Of a stretch of DNA of 60,368 nt, positions 36,942 through 47,108 are shown piece by piece. The DNA is taken from the NCBI GenBank assembly GCA_013115125.1, contig JABANN010000154.1, forward strand, positions 1 through 60,368. Reading direction: 5' to 3'. Origin of the DNA: Perkinsus olseni (lineage: Eukaryota). The notes under the pieces are model-generated. The model did not search any database and had not been told where the DNA came from. It worked only from the letters and a program-made list of their open reading frames with translations. Position 1 is the first letter of the stretch, and the number at the start of each line of letters is the position of its first letter. The position numbers were made by a program, and so were the translations under genes.

Positions 36942-37694
36942 CTACTGTCGCTGCGCAGATTGCTGCTTACCAGCAGAAGAGGACTTCTTGTCAGACCGAC
37001 CAGCGTCGGCGAAGCGCTGAGCGAGCTGAGCAAGATCTGTCTGTGCAGCCTCGAGTGCTCCGACCAATTCCCGGGCGACGGCTTTGTTCTCAACAAATCC
37101 GCAGTCGCTGAGCATGTCGACGAAGTCTTTGGCTACTGGGCTAGACTCGACCTGTTGAAGCTGCTTAGTCTCATCGGCCACTTCCTTGGCATCCTTCTTG
37201 GACTCGGGCTTCTCATAACCCATAAGACGATCGGTGACCTTTTGCATGGCGCCAACATTCTCGGACATTCGATTGACCAAGTCGTCACCGCTCTTCTTGT
37301 CGGCCACGAACCCCGACTTCGCGAGGAAGTCCGCCATGGCGTCCTTAGCCTCCTTCTCAGAAGACACCTCCTTCTCCATGTGGGTCACCTCAGGCTTGGA
37401 ACCGGCCTTCTGGACGGACCTCTCCGCTCTGACGTCGACCTTTGGCTTCTCCTCACCCTTTGTTGCCTTCTTCTCGACAGCAGTTGAAGTATTGGAACTC
37501 GCTTGGGGCTGGGAGTTGGCAGCAGTGGTTTGATCCTTAACGGCACCCTTCTGCTCTTGCTCGTCCTTCTTAGCCTTCAAGGATTGGGCGATCTTACCAA
37601 TATCCTGGTCCGCAGCCAACATACTGTCAACCAATTGTAGAGCAGAAAGAGGACTGCTCACGTAGTCAAGATCGTCGAGTAGATCGGCTACCAT
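36942..37694 (-). CDS. Hypothetical charged helical protein with three ~40-aa internal repeats
   Basis: Long open frame with protein-like composition; repeats MVADLLDDLDYVSSPLSALQLVDSM / AMADFLAKSGFVADKKSGDDLVNRM / DFVDMLSDCGFVENKAVARELVGAL. May have upstream exons. Confidence 0.75.
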   Translation of the reverse strand: MVADLLDDLDYVSSPLSALQLVDSMLAADQDIGKIAQSLKAKKDEQEQKGAVKDQTTAANSQPQASSNTSTAVEKKATKGEEKPKVDVRAERSVQKAGSKPEVTHMEKEVSSEKEAKDAMADFLAKSGFVADKKSGDDLVNRMSENVGAMQKVTDRLMGYEKPESKKDAKEVADETKQLQQVESSPVAKDFVDMLSDCGFVENKAVARELVGALEAAQTDLAQLAQRFADAGRSDKKSSSAGKQQSAQRQ

Positions 37695-38089
37695 CAAACT
37701 AACAGGATCAAGGGGGACGAAGCTAGGCTCTCGAGATAGAGAGCCTAGCTCTCTATCTGATGAGCTGATAGACAGGTGATGATAGACAATACTCCTTTCA
37801 ACTCGAATTACGTCCAAACATATCACTCAACTTCGACAGCTCCTCTTTCAGTGCTAGCGGATCGGTATCTGACGACACAACGCTGCGTGTCCCGCTGTCA
37901 CAGTGTTGAGTGTCGGAGTCGTAAGTCAGCAACTGTCTCCAAGTCCCGGAATCTACTCGCTACTCCACGAGCACGGTGATTGAAGAGTGGGCAATAATCT
38001 CGCCGGAGTAACCGCAAGTTCAGGTCTTCAACAACTGATTAACACAATCGGTTGCCAGCGATGCAAAATAGAAACAAAGCCAGTCGTAA

Positions 38090-39876
38090 TCAGAGGGGTT
38101 CATCGAGAACGTAAACAGGACTTCCTCGCCTTGGTCGGGGACCGTCATCCTCTTCTTCGGTCGGACGCGGCGGCATTGCCGAACCGCTGTCTGAAAAAGA
38201 ACTGCATCGACAAGCCTCACTCGTATTGGACTCCTCCTACCAAGCCCGTCTTGCTGCCACAGTGCTTGGTCTTCCTCCCATCGTTCCTTCTCCCTTTCAT
38301 ACAATTGAACTCTCAAAGGTATCTTATAACGCGCTGGCTCTTCCTCTTGGTCTTCTTCTGTAGGAGCCAAGCAAACCCCCTGAAAAGAAGAGAATATGGT
38401 GTAGCATACGCGAAGCAAGAAATCCAATATGAACCGCAGTCCTTTGCAGAGGATACTTCGCCCGTTGTTCACTTCATCGCCGCGTACCGGGAGATAGACT
38501 TACCCCTGCTCGGCTCCTCCAAGACCCTGCTCGTGTATCCCACATTGGGCCGTCCGTCCTGATAGGTCGGAAAAATCAAAACGTTCCGCCGACTCATGAT
38601 CACTCACCTCTCTCGTATTGGGGAAGGCGATCGTTGACGATACCAATCATGCTCCCACCGCCGTCCACGCATGCGTCTCCGCTTATGCCTGGAAGTCTGT
38701 CATCAATCTCTCGATATAGATAGCCCAACCTACCGATGCTGCAGTTCCTCGTACTTCCCAACGTCATAGGCCTCGTTGAGGGGGTTAAAAGGGTCCGCCG
38801 GCCGTGATTCGTCATCATCTTCAGGGTCGCATTGGAGCAGTCCAGAAGTGCTTACCGACGCCTCCTCATCATCCTTATGATGGTGATGATGGTGGTGATG
38901 CTTCTTTTTCTTTTTCTTCTTCTTTTTACTTCCCTCATCATTGTCACTTTCTAAATTTATCACTTCCTCTTTTGAGGACCCGGTCTTCTTTTTCTTCGAT
39001 TTTTTCTTCTTCTTTTTCTTCTCCTTCTTGCTCTTATCTCCCCGAACATCAGCATTGGTCAGCCTATTCTGATACATCCTGAGACGGTTGCCATAAGAAT
39101 TCGATAATGATTGCACCTATCACTGCTAAATAGCGGATTGTGAACGGCTTAGGTAGCGCGTTAGCATTCAAAATTTTTTGATCCGACATTGTCGATCAAG
39201 GAATACTGGAGCGTACAATGATCACCAAGGCTCGAGCTGAGCGACTCCGGTCCGGATCTAGCGAAAGCCATACCGAACACTTCTCAAAGAAGCGATGATA
39301 CAGTCGTGACGGCCTCTCTCGATGGACGTCACCGCGCAATATATAGATATGGGGCTACCAACGTGGCTCCTATCATCCCCCTCACTCTTTGCCGCTTCCG
39401 TGCAGTGGTAGTAGCAACGCTGTACACTCGCGTCGGCCAAGACTAATCGGGCCGCATCAATGATGCCTTTCGCGGCGTCGGCGATCACAAAGCTGGGAAC
39501 GTTTCGTTGTTGCCCGACTTCCCGCATAGACATATCGCGAGCGCATTGCACTCAGGGAGAGGAACGTGACTACTCAGAGCTAGGCGGGGATTTCTGACCC
39601 GCCAGCGAGAAACCAGCGCCGAAGGGAACAGATAATTAGCAGTGATAGAAGCGAGGATATCGAAATACTCACCCATGCTCCTGTGAAAACTCCATAGCCA
39701 TTATCTCTGCTTCAGTAAAACCAGAGTCCAGCATTTTCTGCCTCTTCTGTTCTCTCTCTGCAAGCGTCAACATACCAGAGCCATCTGCAGCAGTACCTTC
39801 TCTTTCGCCGTCCGACTTGGCCATTCTCGTGGAGTAGCGGCAAACGCCGCACTACTGACACAGGACTGCTCACCAT
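38090..39876 (-). CDS. Hypothetical Lys/His-rich, probably nuclear protein, multi-exon
   Basis: Poly-Lys and poly-His tracts in ORF 38730-39116 and downstream GT-AG exons. A first exon ending ATG|GTGAG at 39874-39876 is inferred; otherwise the start is at 39077. Confidence 0.6.
39258..39676 (-). mobile_element. Decayed Mutator/MULE (IS256-type) transposase fragment
   Basis: PSFVIADAAKGIIDAARLVLADASVQRCYYHCTEA has the second catalytic Asp followed about 20 aa later by CxxH. Broken frames on both sides; probably inside a 757-nt intron (39117-39873). Confidence 0.75.
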
Positions 39877-40068
39877 AAACCTAGTAGTACTCCGCAGGAC
39901 ACCTTTCACAGTTCATAGTAGAGTACTGGATAGATCATCACTACAGCAGGCTCGTTGGCCTAGACCGCCCCGCGACTACTCACATGTTAACTCACTAAAC
40001 ACAGTCCTACGAAAGGTAGAGAATTGGATCCACTTAGGGTAGTAGGACTCGACTTTAAATGATACACA

Positions 40069-41061
40069 TTAGTTATTCGATGCTTCATAATCAACCCGAT
40101 ACTCTCCGTCATCATCGTCTTCGGTCTTGTTCAAATTGGTCTCGACCGTAACAGTCATCTCCGCACCCATTTCATCAACAACTAGATTCTCTCCTCGCAC
40201 TATACGAGCGCCGGAATGAGCTTGCCGATCAACAGGGGTTCTAGGATAGTACACCCGAGCCCAGAACGCGTCCAGTGTGGGGCAGATCGGTCGGGCGATA
40301 GCCGTTCCCCCCGGGACGAGAGTATGAGTGCCTTCCTCCACAGGAAACATACACACCCGATCAGTCGCCTTAAAAAGACAAACCTTCAACGCTGAAGGTG
40401 TGTTGTTAATCAGCTTGATCGGTAGATGCTTCCTCTTCAAAATTGATTCAGCTGTAGTGTCTGCTGCTTCATAAATCTGACCTAATCGTTTTTCCACGAG
40501 ATTTAGCGTAGCCTTGTCCGGTACGAAACCCAGCACTATGCTAACAGCCCCAGCCTGTATTTTTATGTGAGCCGGATAGGAGCTGAGCATAGCAGCATCA
40601 CCAACGAGCTGTCGTCCCACTTGTTCGAGCAGTTCGCTAGTACCGTCATTATCATCACTTTCACCCGTAGCGAATCTGAGCTCGTCCAGTGCGTTCCTTA
40701 TGATTCCAACAGCGCCGTGTAACGTCTGTCCCTCCGCCGAGACTTGAAGTAAGCTGTCTACCCACTGGGCTTGCCTTCGCATACCCCATAGTGTGCTCCT
40801 CCGAGGGATACTCAGAAGCTCATCATATGAGAGGAGGAGAAGGCTCGCTATACGCCTACAGGTTTCAGCTTGGCCCATCACGTGACACACCGTCTGGACC
40901 GCTTCGGGACTCGATCTACCTGTCTTGATCTTCGATACAACAGCGATAGCGGCTGAACGTAGATCCGCGAAAAGGCAGACCACCGAGTCGGGGACTACCA
41001 CCTCCTCTTCCGGCGGAGCAGGTTTGGGAGAAGAAAAGAGAAGATGACTCCGCATAAACAT
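40069..41061 (-). CDS. Hypothetical intronless 330-aa protein (helical N-terminus, beta-rich C-terminus)
   Basis: Single uninterrupted ATG-to-TAA ORF with globular composition; no family recognised. Confidence 0.8.
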   Translation of the reverse strand: MFMRSHLLFSSPKPAPPEEEVVVPDSVVCLFADLRSAAIAVVSKIKTGRSSPEAVQTVCHVMGQAETCRRIASLLLLSYDELLSIPRRSTLWGMRRQAQWVDSLLQVSAEGQTLHGAVGIIRNALDELRFATGESDDNDGTSELLEQVGRQLVGDAAMLSSYPAHIKIQAGAVSIVLGFVPDKATLNLVEKRLGQIYEAADTTAESILKRKHLPIKLINNTPSALKVCLFKATDRVCMFPVEEGTHTLVPGGTAIARPICPTLDAFWARVYYPRTPVDRQAHSGARIVRGENLVVDEMGAEMTVTVETNLNKTEDDDDGEYRVDYEASNN

Positions 41062-41161
41062 GATTACTGAGTAGATGCTACTGCTACTGAGAGGCCTGCA
41101 CGCAACCCTATACCACTCCTTCTGAAACTCACAATGATAAGAAACCTGAATCTATTCTACT

Positions 41162-43770
41162 CTATCCACCGGCAGCCCGGTTGATCTCCCACACGTCCTT
41201 CACGGTAGCAGTTTCGTCCTCGACGTACAGCATGTGATCATACCTACTCGACGGTTATCAATGGCACGAAGACTCTCACAACCATTACATATTCACTGTC
41301 GGGTCGCAATGAGCCGGCTGAATCAGGACTGCCCCACCAGGCCTCGCACAATGGCGATCGCCGACCAAGGCTCTAAGAGACTCATTACTGCCTTTCAAAA
41401 CAGTATGCTCATCCCCGGCGCAATGAACTGTTATGCCCTTCGCTGCTCCCCCTGCCGCCCCGAAGTAAGGCGATACTTCAACAGGGCCACGACCATTAGG
41501 AACCGAGCCATAGAATACAGGGGACCTGATTCGGGGAAAATTTGGTATCCAAACTTGCACGCAAAGCCGCTCATGCTTACTTGATGCAGCTGTAGTCCAT
41601 ACCTTTGGTACCGACGTCCAATACCAAACGCCCGTCACCAATACCTAAGAAGAGCAGTCTCAAACAGTAGAATAGCTAATGAAGATGCGTTACTTATAAT
41701 ACTAGCCAAGACGAATAGACTGGGCTTGAAGATAGCATCGTGGTTTGCGCAGTAGTCAGCATCCATAAAAAGATACGATCCTGGTTGAACCTAACACCCG
41801 AACACTTCAACAGAACAGTGACTAAGAAGAGAGTGAGAAGCGGGTTGAAGCGATAAGAGTACCCGACTCCCGACGCTATGAGACCTCTGTCTGTCTACCA
41901 CTCAGGTGCTGGCAGGGATGCTTTGATGGCGGTACCTCAGTGAACTGTCCGCTATTGCCCTCCATTGTGAATGAGCCAGTTCCTCCACCCGTGACGCTAG
42001 TGATTTCCAGGCCAGCTCTTGAGAACTCTCTGCGGACCTCCTCCACGATCTGCACTACTACATCACTCTCGTTCTTCCGATCCACTGGATCTCTGATGTG
42101 TTGTATGCCACCGTGATAGGCCTGAATGAACACCAAGAACACGTCTATTTTGAGTACGAGATCACGCACCACAAAGTGAGACAACTGATTCAGATGTAAC
42201 CGCCCAGACCTAGATCGATTAGACTCAGCGGAGCGTGAACACGTGAGGGACGATCTCGAGGGCCGTATGGTGTGGAGGGAAATGCCACCCTGCCTTTAGT
42301 ATCACCTGTATTCCACCCTTGAAAGTCACTCCCTGGCCCTCAAGACGGAGGACGCTCTGCGCTAGGGTCACAGCCTCTGCGGGCGTCGACAAACCACAGC
42401 GGCCTTGCCCGACATCCACGTCAACTACGCACTCAACGTTAACTTTAGGATTATACTGCATGACGGCCGCCGACAGGCATGCTACTTGATGGGGATGATC
42501 CACACATACCTGACACGACCCATCACCAGGGAACGCTAACCACATAGAGGAACGCGCTCGGCTGCGTGCTCCACACACGGACTATCCACCTTGCCATGTT
42601 ACGTGGCCGCGCATAGTACCTTGAAGGATTCAATACGACTCGCGATGTCCACCAATCTCTTGAGGGAGTCCGGCTGCAGCGGAGTCTCATTGGAAAGTAG
42701 AATGTCCTTCGCTCCACCCTGACATGATCACATGACGACTTGCCCCTGCTACAACAGCGAGAGAAGGCGACAACTCCATGATGGCATTCGTCAGTTCGCC
42801 TAATTAAACGCTCGTTTGATGGAATTCATGACGCATTGTGCAGACGAGTAACCAAGGGCAACCTTATAGAAAACGGCCTACCTTGGTTACTCGCCGGAGT
42901 CGACTCATTTGCGCGTGAATTACTTAGCCATTCATTATCGAACAATACAGCTCGCGGGCCTCATAAATATCGCAGCATGATAGGCTTGCGATGGTCAACC
43001 GTCGATTAAATGCATGGAATCCCCGGTATCACCTTAACACAGGCTTCGGCTTCGGTCAAAGTCTGACACGCAAATCCCACCGCACCATCCTGAGGGGAAA
43101 TGCATAGCCCTGGATTTGAACCCGGTACTTCCTCCACCCAAGCTGTTACCTCCAACTGGATTCGTGCAATGGCGGGACTTTTGTGGGCCTTAGAGTGCGG
43201 ACGGAAATTACACTTGAGCAGATTTTCGTGACTGAAAATGGAAAAGCGCTGAGCTACCCCAAACAGATCGTACAATAACGAGCATACAAGTCATCGATAA
43301 TGATGCTCTCTCGAACTCACGGATACCGGGCCACTGGCCAATGAATGAGAAAAGAACATGGACGTTCTATATCGAAGTTCTGGCAACAAAACGTCTACCA
43401 GATCTTGTTAAAGCCAACAGAACAGACAGTGAAGCAATGGTATTTGTGACGCAGGCAGAACAGCGTGTTGACGCCTTCGAAAATAAACCAATGCGTAGTC
43501 CTCTATGAATGGAGCTCGGTGACCCTGCGACGCGAAACCCGAGATCATATAAACTCTCCCGAGTTACCAGTGTACGGACACAGCATTAGAAGACATCATT
43601 AGCCCCAATACCATTCAAAAACATTACCTATTAAAAATCTTATCCATTTTTTCCCTGTTGTATGCGAAGGCGCTCTCCATAACGACAAGCCTCGGTGTCT
43701 CGATCCTCGACAGATGCCTTCCCAAAGCTTGCAACTGCCGCAATGAAGAACTTGAAGTCGCTGCTCTCAT
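41162..43770 (-). CDS. Fold-type III PLP enzyme of the D-threonine aldolase / 3-hydroxy-D-aspartate aldolase / DSD1 family, multi-exon
   Basis: IETPRLVV...RPHSKAHKS (PLP Lys), CQTLTEAE, DILLSNE, VDVDVGQGRCG, GIQ|AYHG, TGGGTGS, EV|QPGSYLFMDADY, LDVGTKG, GDEH, QPAHCDPTVNM (metal ligands). Confidence 0.92.
42843..42895 (-). other. Long intronic hairpin (13-bp perfect core, about 21 positions with G:U pairs on the intron-sense strand)
   Basis: CGAGTAACCAAGG (42845-42857) / CCTTGGTTACTCG (42881-42893); inside the 314-nt intron 42719-43032. Confidence 0.85.
43101..43125 (-). pseudogene. tRNA 3'-half relic (T-arm plus acceptor strand, Gly-like) in a 60-nt intron
   Basis: CCGGG-TTCAAAT-CCAGG-GCTATGC-A with a perfect B-box GGTTCAAATCC; no 5' half visible. 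Confidence 0.4.
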
Positions 43771-44003
43771 AATTACCACAAATAGTTTAAATTAAATTCA
43801 CTGAAACTCCTGGCCCAGCCGGAAAGCTCCTCCCGAAACTCGAGCGATCTCAGCCGAAACGGTATAAATCGAGCATTCTTGCAATTATTCCATCTAGTGG
43901 ATCACACTTCCTGGGGTACACACAGAAGGCTAGCTCTAATTCTTTACCTGAAAACATAAAAATTTGCCTACTCTCGTCGGGGCCGAGTGGATCTAGAATT
44001 ACC

Positions 44004-45740
44004 CTAAAGATTTCTTTTCACGGCGGATTCCTTGACAGCATCATCATCCGCTACTCGCACCTCAATCTCATCGAAGTTCAGTTGTATGAGCGGTGACTTC
44101 ATCTCAGCTTTCGACCCACGAATTAGATTTGAGCATTGAAGAGCTGAAGAGGCAAGGGCAACACTAGACGTGTGCAGTATCACCTCAGCTCGCTCCTACG
44201 ATCTTACCCTGGCATTCCCTCAAGCCCCCCATCTCATCAAGACGACCTGTGAACTTCCACGCCTCAGTACCGTACCTGAGGGATCAGACGTTCACAACTA
44301 ATCTCAGCTACACGGAGGCGGATAATCGGACAACCGAGATGTCCTCAAAAAACAAAACTCTCCCCTTCAGTGGAGACTGGGACGAGGGAGGTGAGACCAC
44401 AGGTGAATAGCATCCCCTCAGTACGATGTTGCTGCACGGTCGAGAGCCAGCCGCGTATTCTGTGTCCGCTGGGCATGCACGCCTTCAATTATCGGCCCCC
44501 GCTGCTCCAAGTCACCGTCTTCTTTCGAGAACAGAGGGTCTCCACGCAGAATTGATAATATATCCTATAGGCATCCGAGCATCAACCATTTCCCAAGGAT
44601 TCCTCTCCAGGGTCACAGAAGGCATCACCTGATCCATCAATCCCTCCCCGTCATCTTCGAGCTCATCCTTGTCCCGTCGCTTCCTCTTCTTCCGCCCTGA
44701 GGATACGTCAAATCGTGTTGAACAAATCTCAACACGAGACGCCCACACATACTCGAGCCCAGTCCGAGAGGTCGCTCTACCGGAAGAATCACACCACGGA
44801 AAGAGGAGCTCGTTGATGATGAATAGACCAGCAGAGCCGTGTGGCCATTGAGACAATGCATTACCTTTTCCCCGACCATTCTCGCCCTTAGCCTGGCTGT
44901 CCTGCACTTCCGGGTGGAGACTTCTGAAGGCCAAGTGAAACTCCTGAACGACCGATTGATCTTCGCTCGTTCGCTGCAACGTCGATGATGACCTCTTCTA
45001 AAACCCTGAGGGCCGTCTCCTTGTCCTGCAGGGATGCCTTGCCCTCCGACATCATATCGTGTAAGACGTCTACGAGACACTGTCCAATCTGATCACCACC
45101 CAGGGGGGTACTGAGGCGAGGTCAGGTCGACAAAGAAGGGTATTACCTGCGTATGATGATAAATCCTGGGTATCCCTCCTGAGATGGTGGTGAGGTCCAC
45201 ACCTTCCGTATCATCAGCGCCATCGATGTTCGAGAAATGGAGAGGCTCTACGATAGCAACAACCCAAACCGTGACGTTGCGCGAGCCTAGCGTAATAGGG
45301 GAGTGAGGCCATACAGTCCACCGAGAGTAACATAACACTTGGAATTCCCATATCTCTCTGTGGTAAGTAAAAACCGAGAGAAAAGCGAGGACATCCTCAG
45401 ACGGCTGATGGTCTCTACTGAAGGGCTCAATCAGTAAGTGGAACGCAGGCATCTCAAAGTGTTTTCCGGCGTAGTCCCGCGGTAGCTATACCCGAGTCCA
45501 GCAGCTCCGTGTTGGTGAGCAACAACTCCCGCTCCTCCGACGAGCTCATGCTGCTGATGGACTCCTCGTCATCACCATCATCATTTGACACATCCTCTGA
45601 GAAATCATCCGTTACAGCCCTCCCAGGAATCTATTCAAGCTTCTCATTTTACCGCTCTCCGTCTCGGCTATCTTCCCAGCTGGGGCGCTGCTACTACTAC
45701 TGCTTGCCACTCCATCTCTTGTAGCCGACTTCTGTGGCAT
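44004..45740 (-). CDS. Hypothetical protein, multi-exon (boundaries approximate)
   Basis: Series of minus-strand open exons with GT-AG introns (acidic N-terminus, RKKRKRR NLS-like tract); exact splicing not fully resolved. Confidence 0.5.
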
Positions 45741-46260
45741 AGGAAGAGCCCAAACTACAACGCAAAGATACGTCGATTCTGTTTCTAGCCATGAGCGAGA
45801 TAAGATACCAGATTAGGGAAGAATAGTGAAAACTTCAAACTCAACACCAATCAGCTTCACACTACCCTAAAAACTGTCTCTAAAAGTATCATCATCTCAG
45901 AGGTTGTTACACTACCAAAAACGCACTCAGAGATTCTAACCATCGTCATGACAACCACGGAACCTGGCTCTGAGCAGGTTGCCTACGACAATCACGAGAC
46001 GAAAAGATACCTCTAGTGGATAAAACAGAGCGGCAATCATATGAGTAGTGGCTTCGACAGCCACACGTAGTAGTGCTTCAGTCGCTCAACCAACGTGACT
46101 CCACGTCTTCTACCAACCACTCAATGATGTCCTCTACATCAACTGTGATCCCTAGTAGCGATCATTGAACACTACTACAGATTGTACCAATGAAAAAATG
46201 ATAAACGACTACTACCGATTTCAGGACAAGTTTTCCCCCTTTTACAATCAGATTCTCGCA

Positions 46261-46655
46261 CTAAGCCTTGGCCTCCGCCGCCTTGGCTTCCCTCACACTA
46301 GCCTTCTTCTCTTCCGCAATGAGCTGGACGAGGTCCTCTAATAGTGGAGGGTTCGCCGTTGGTGGGATGCCGTTCTGAAGATGGAGAACATTACCAGGGA
46401 TGCGGTCGCTTTCATTTACCTGTATGAACAGCATTTTCACCTTGTCCTGGATAGAGCTCCCTGTGTGCACTGGCTGAGGAAGAAACACCATGTAAAATTC
46501 ACGAGATCAAAAACTCCAGTGGGTGTGGAAAGGGAAGCGGAAGAAAGTATTACTGATCTCTGAAGGTCTCGGTCGACCTCGATCTCCGGGTTGTCCTCTA
46601 AAATCTTCTTCAATAGCGCCTCTGAAACATCCCCAGAGAACTTGCAGTAGCTCAT
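46261..46655 (-). CDS. Small hypothetical protein (about 105-120 aa)
   Basis: Two protein-like ORFs in different frames can be joined by a 29-nt GT-AG intron (GVFDL|PVHTGSS). Confidence 0.5.
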
Positions 46656-47108
46656 TTCGATTTGACGACTTGTTTTGCATCTAACGCGGTTCGACCTATG
46701 ATTCCAGTCAAGGCTTACCGTCCTGTTGTGAGAAATATATATTCTCAGCTGCTCTTTCACGTTCGTTCATCATCTTTATGCCAGTAAACGTCGCCTGAAG
46801 CAACAGCGTCCGTCCCGTCACCGGCGTCCAGTCTCGTCCAACTTACCCTGCTGTTAAACGAATAGCGACGGCTCGATCTCTCCAATGAATTGGAAGCACG
46901 ACGGATGGCCAGCATCGAGAAAGGGAAAACCAGAGAGTTTAATAGGAGGTAGTAGCACCGCTGAAGATGAGGGTAAACATCAGTCACACAAGGTCACCTT
47001 GGGAAAGATGCTCAACCGTCCTCTTTGGTGGAGCGCATAGTTTTTAGCGCTCGCCCTAAAATCAGCGTGAGCTCGAAAGTTCCTTAAACTGAGCGGATTG
47101 CTGTTGGG

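Noticed and set aside
36873-37487. 204-aa plus-strand ORF as an overlapping gene
   Set aside because: Leu/His-rich antisense mirror of the charged minus-strand protein.
46495-46515. In-frame TGA as selenocysteine joining two ORFs
   Set aside because: No CxxU context or SECIS-like element seen; a short intron explains the frames.
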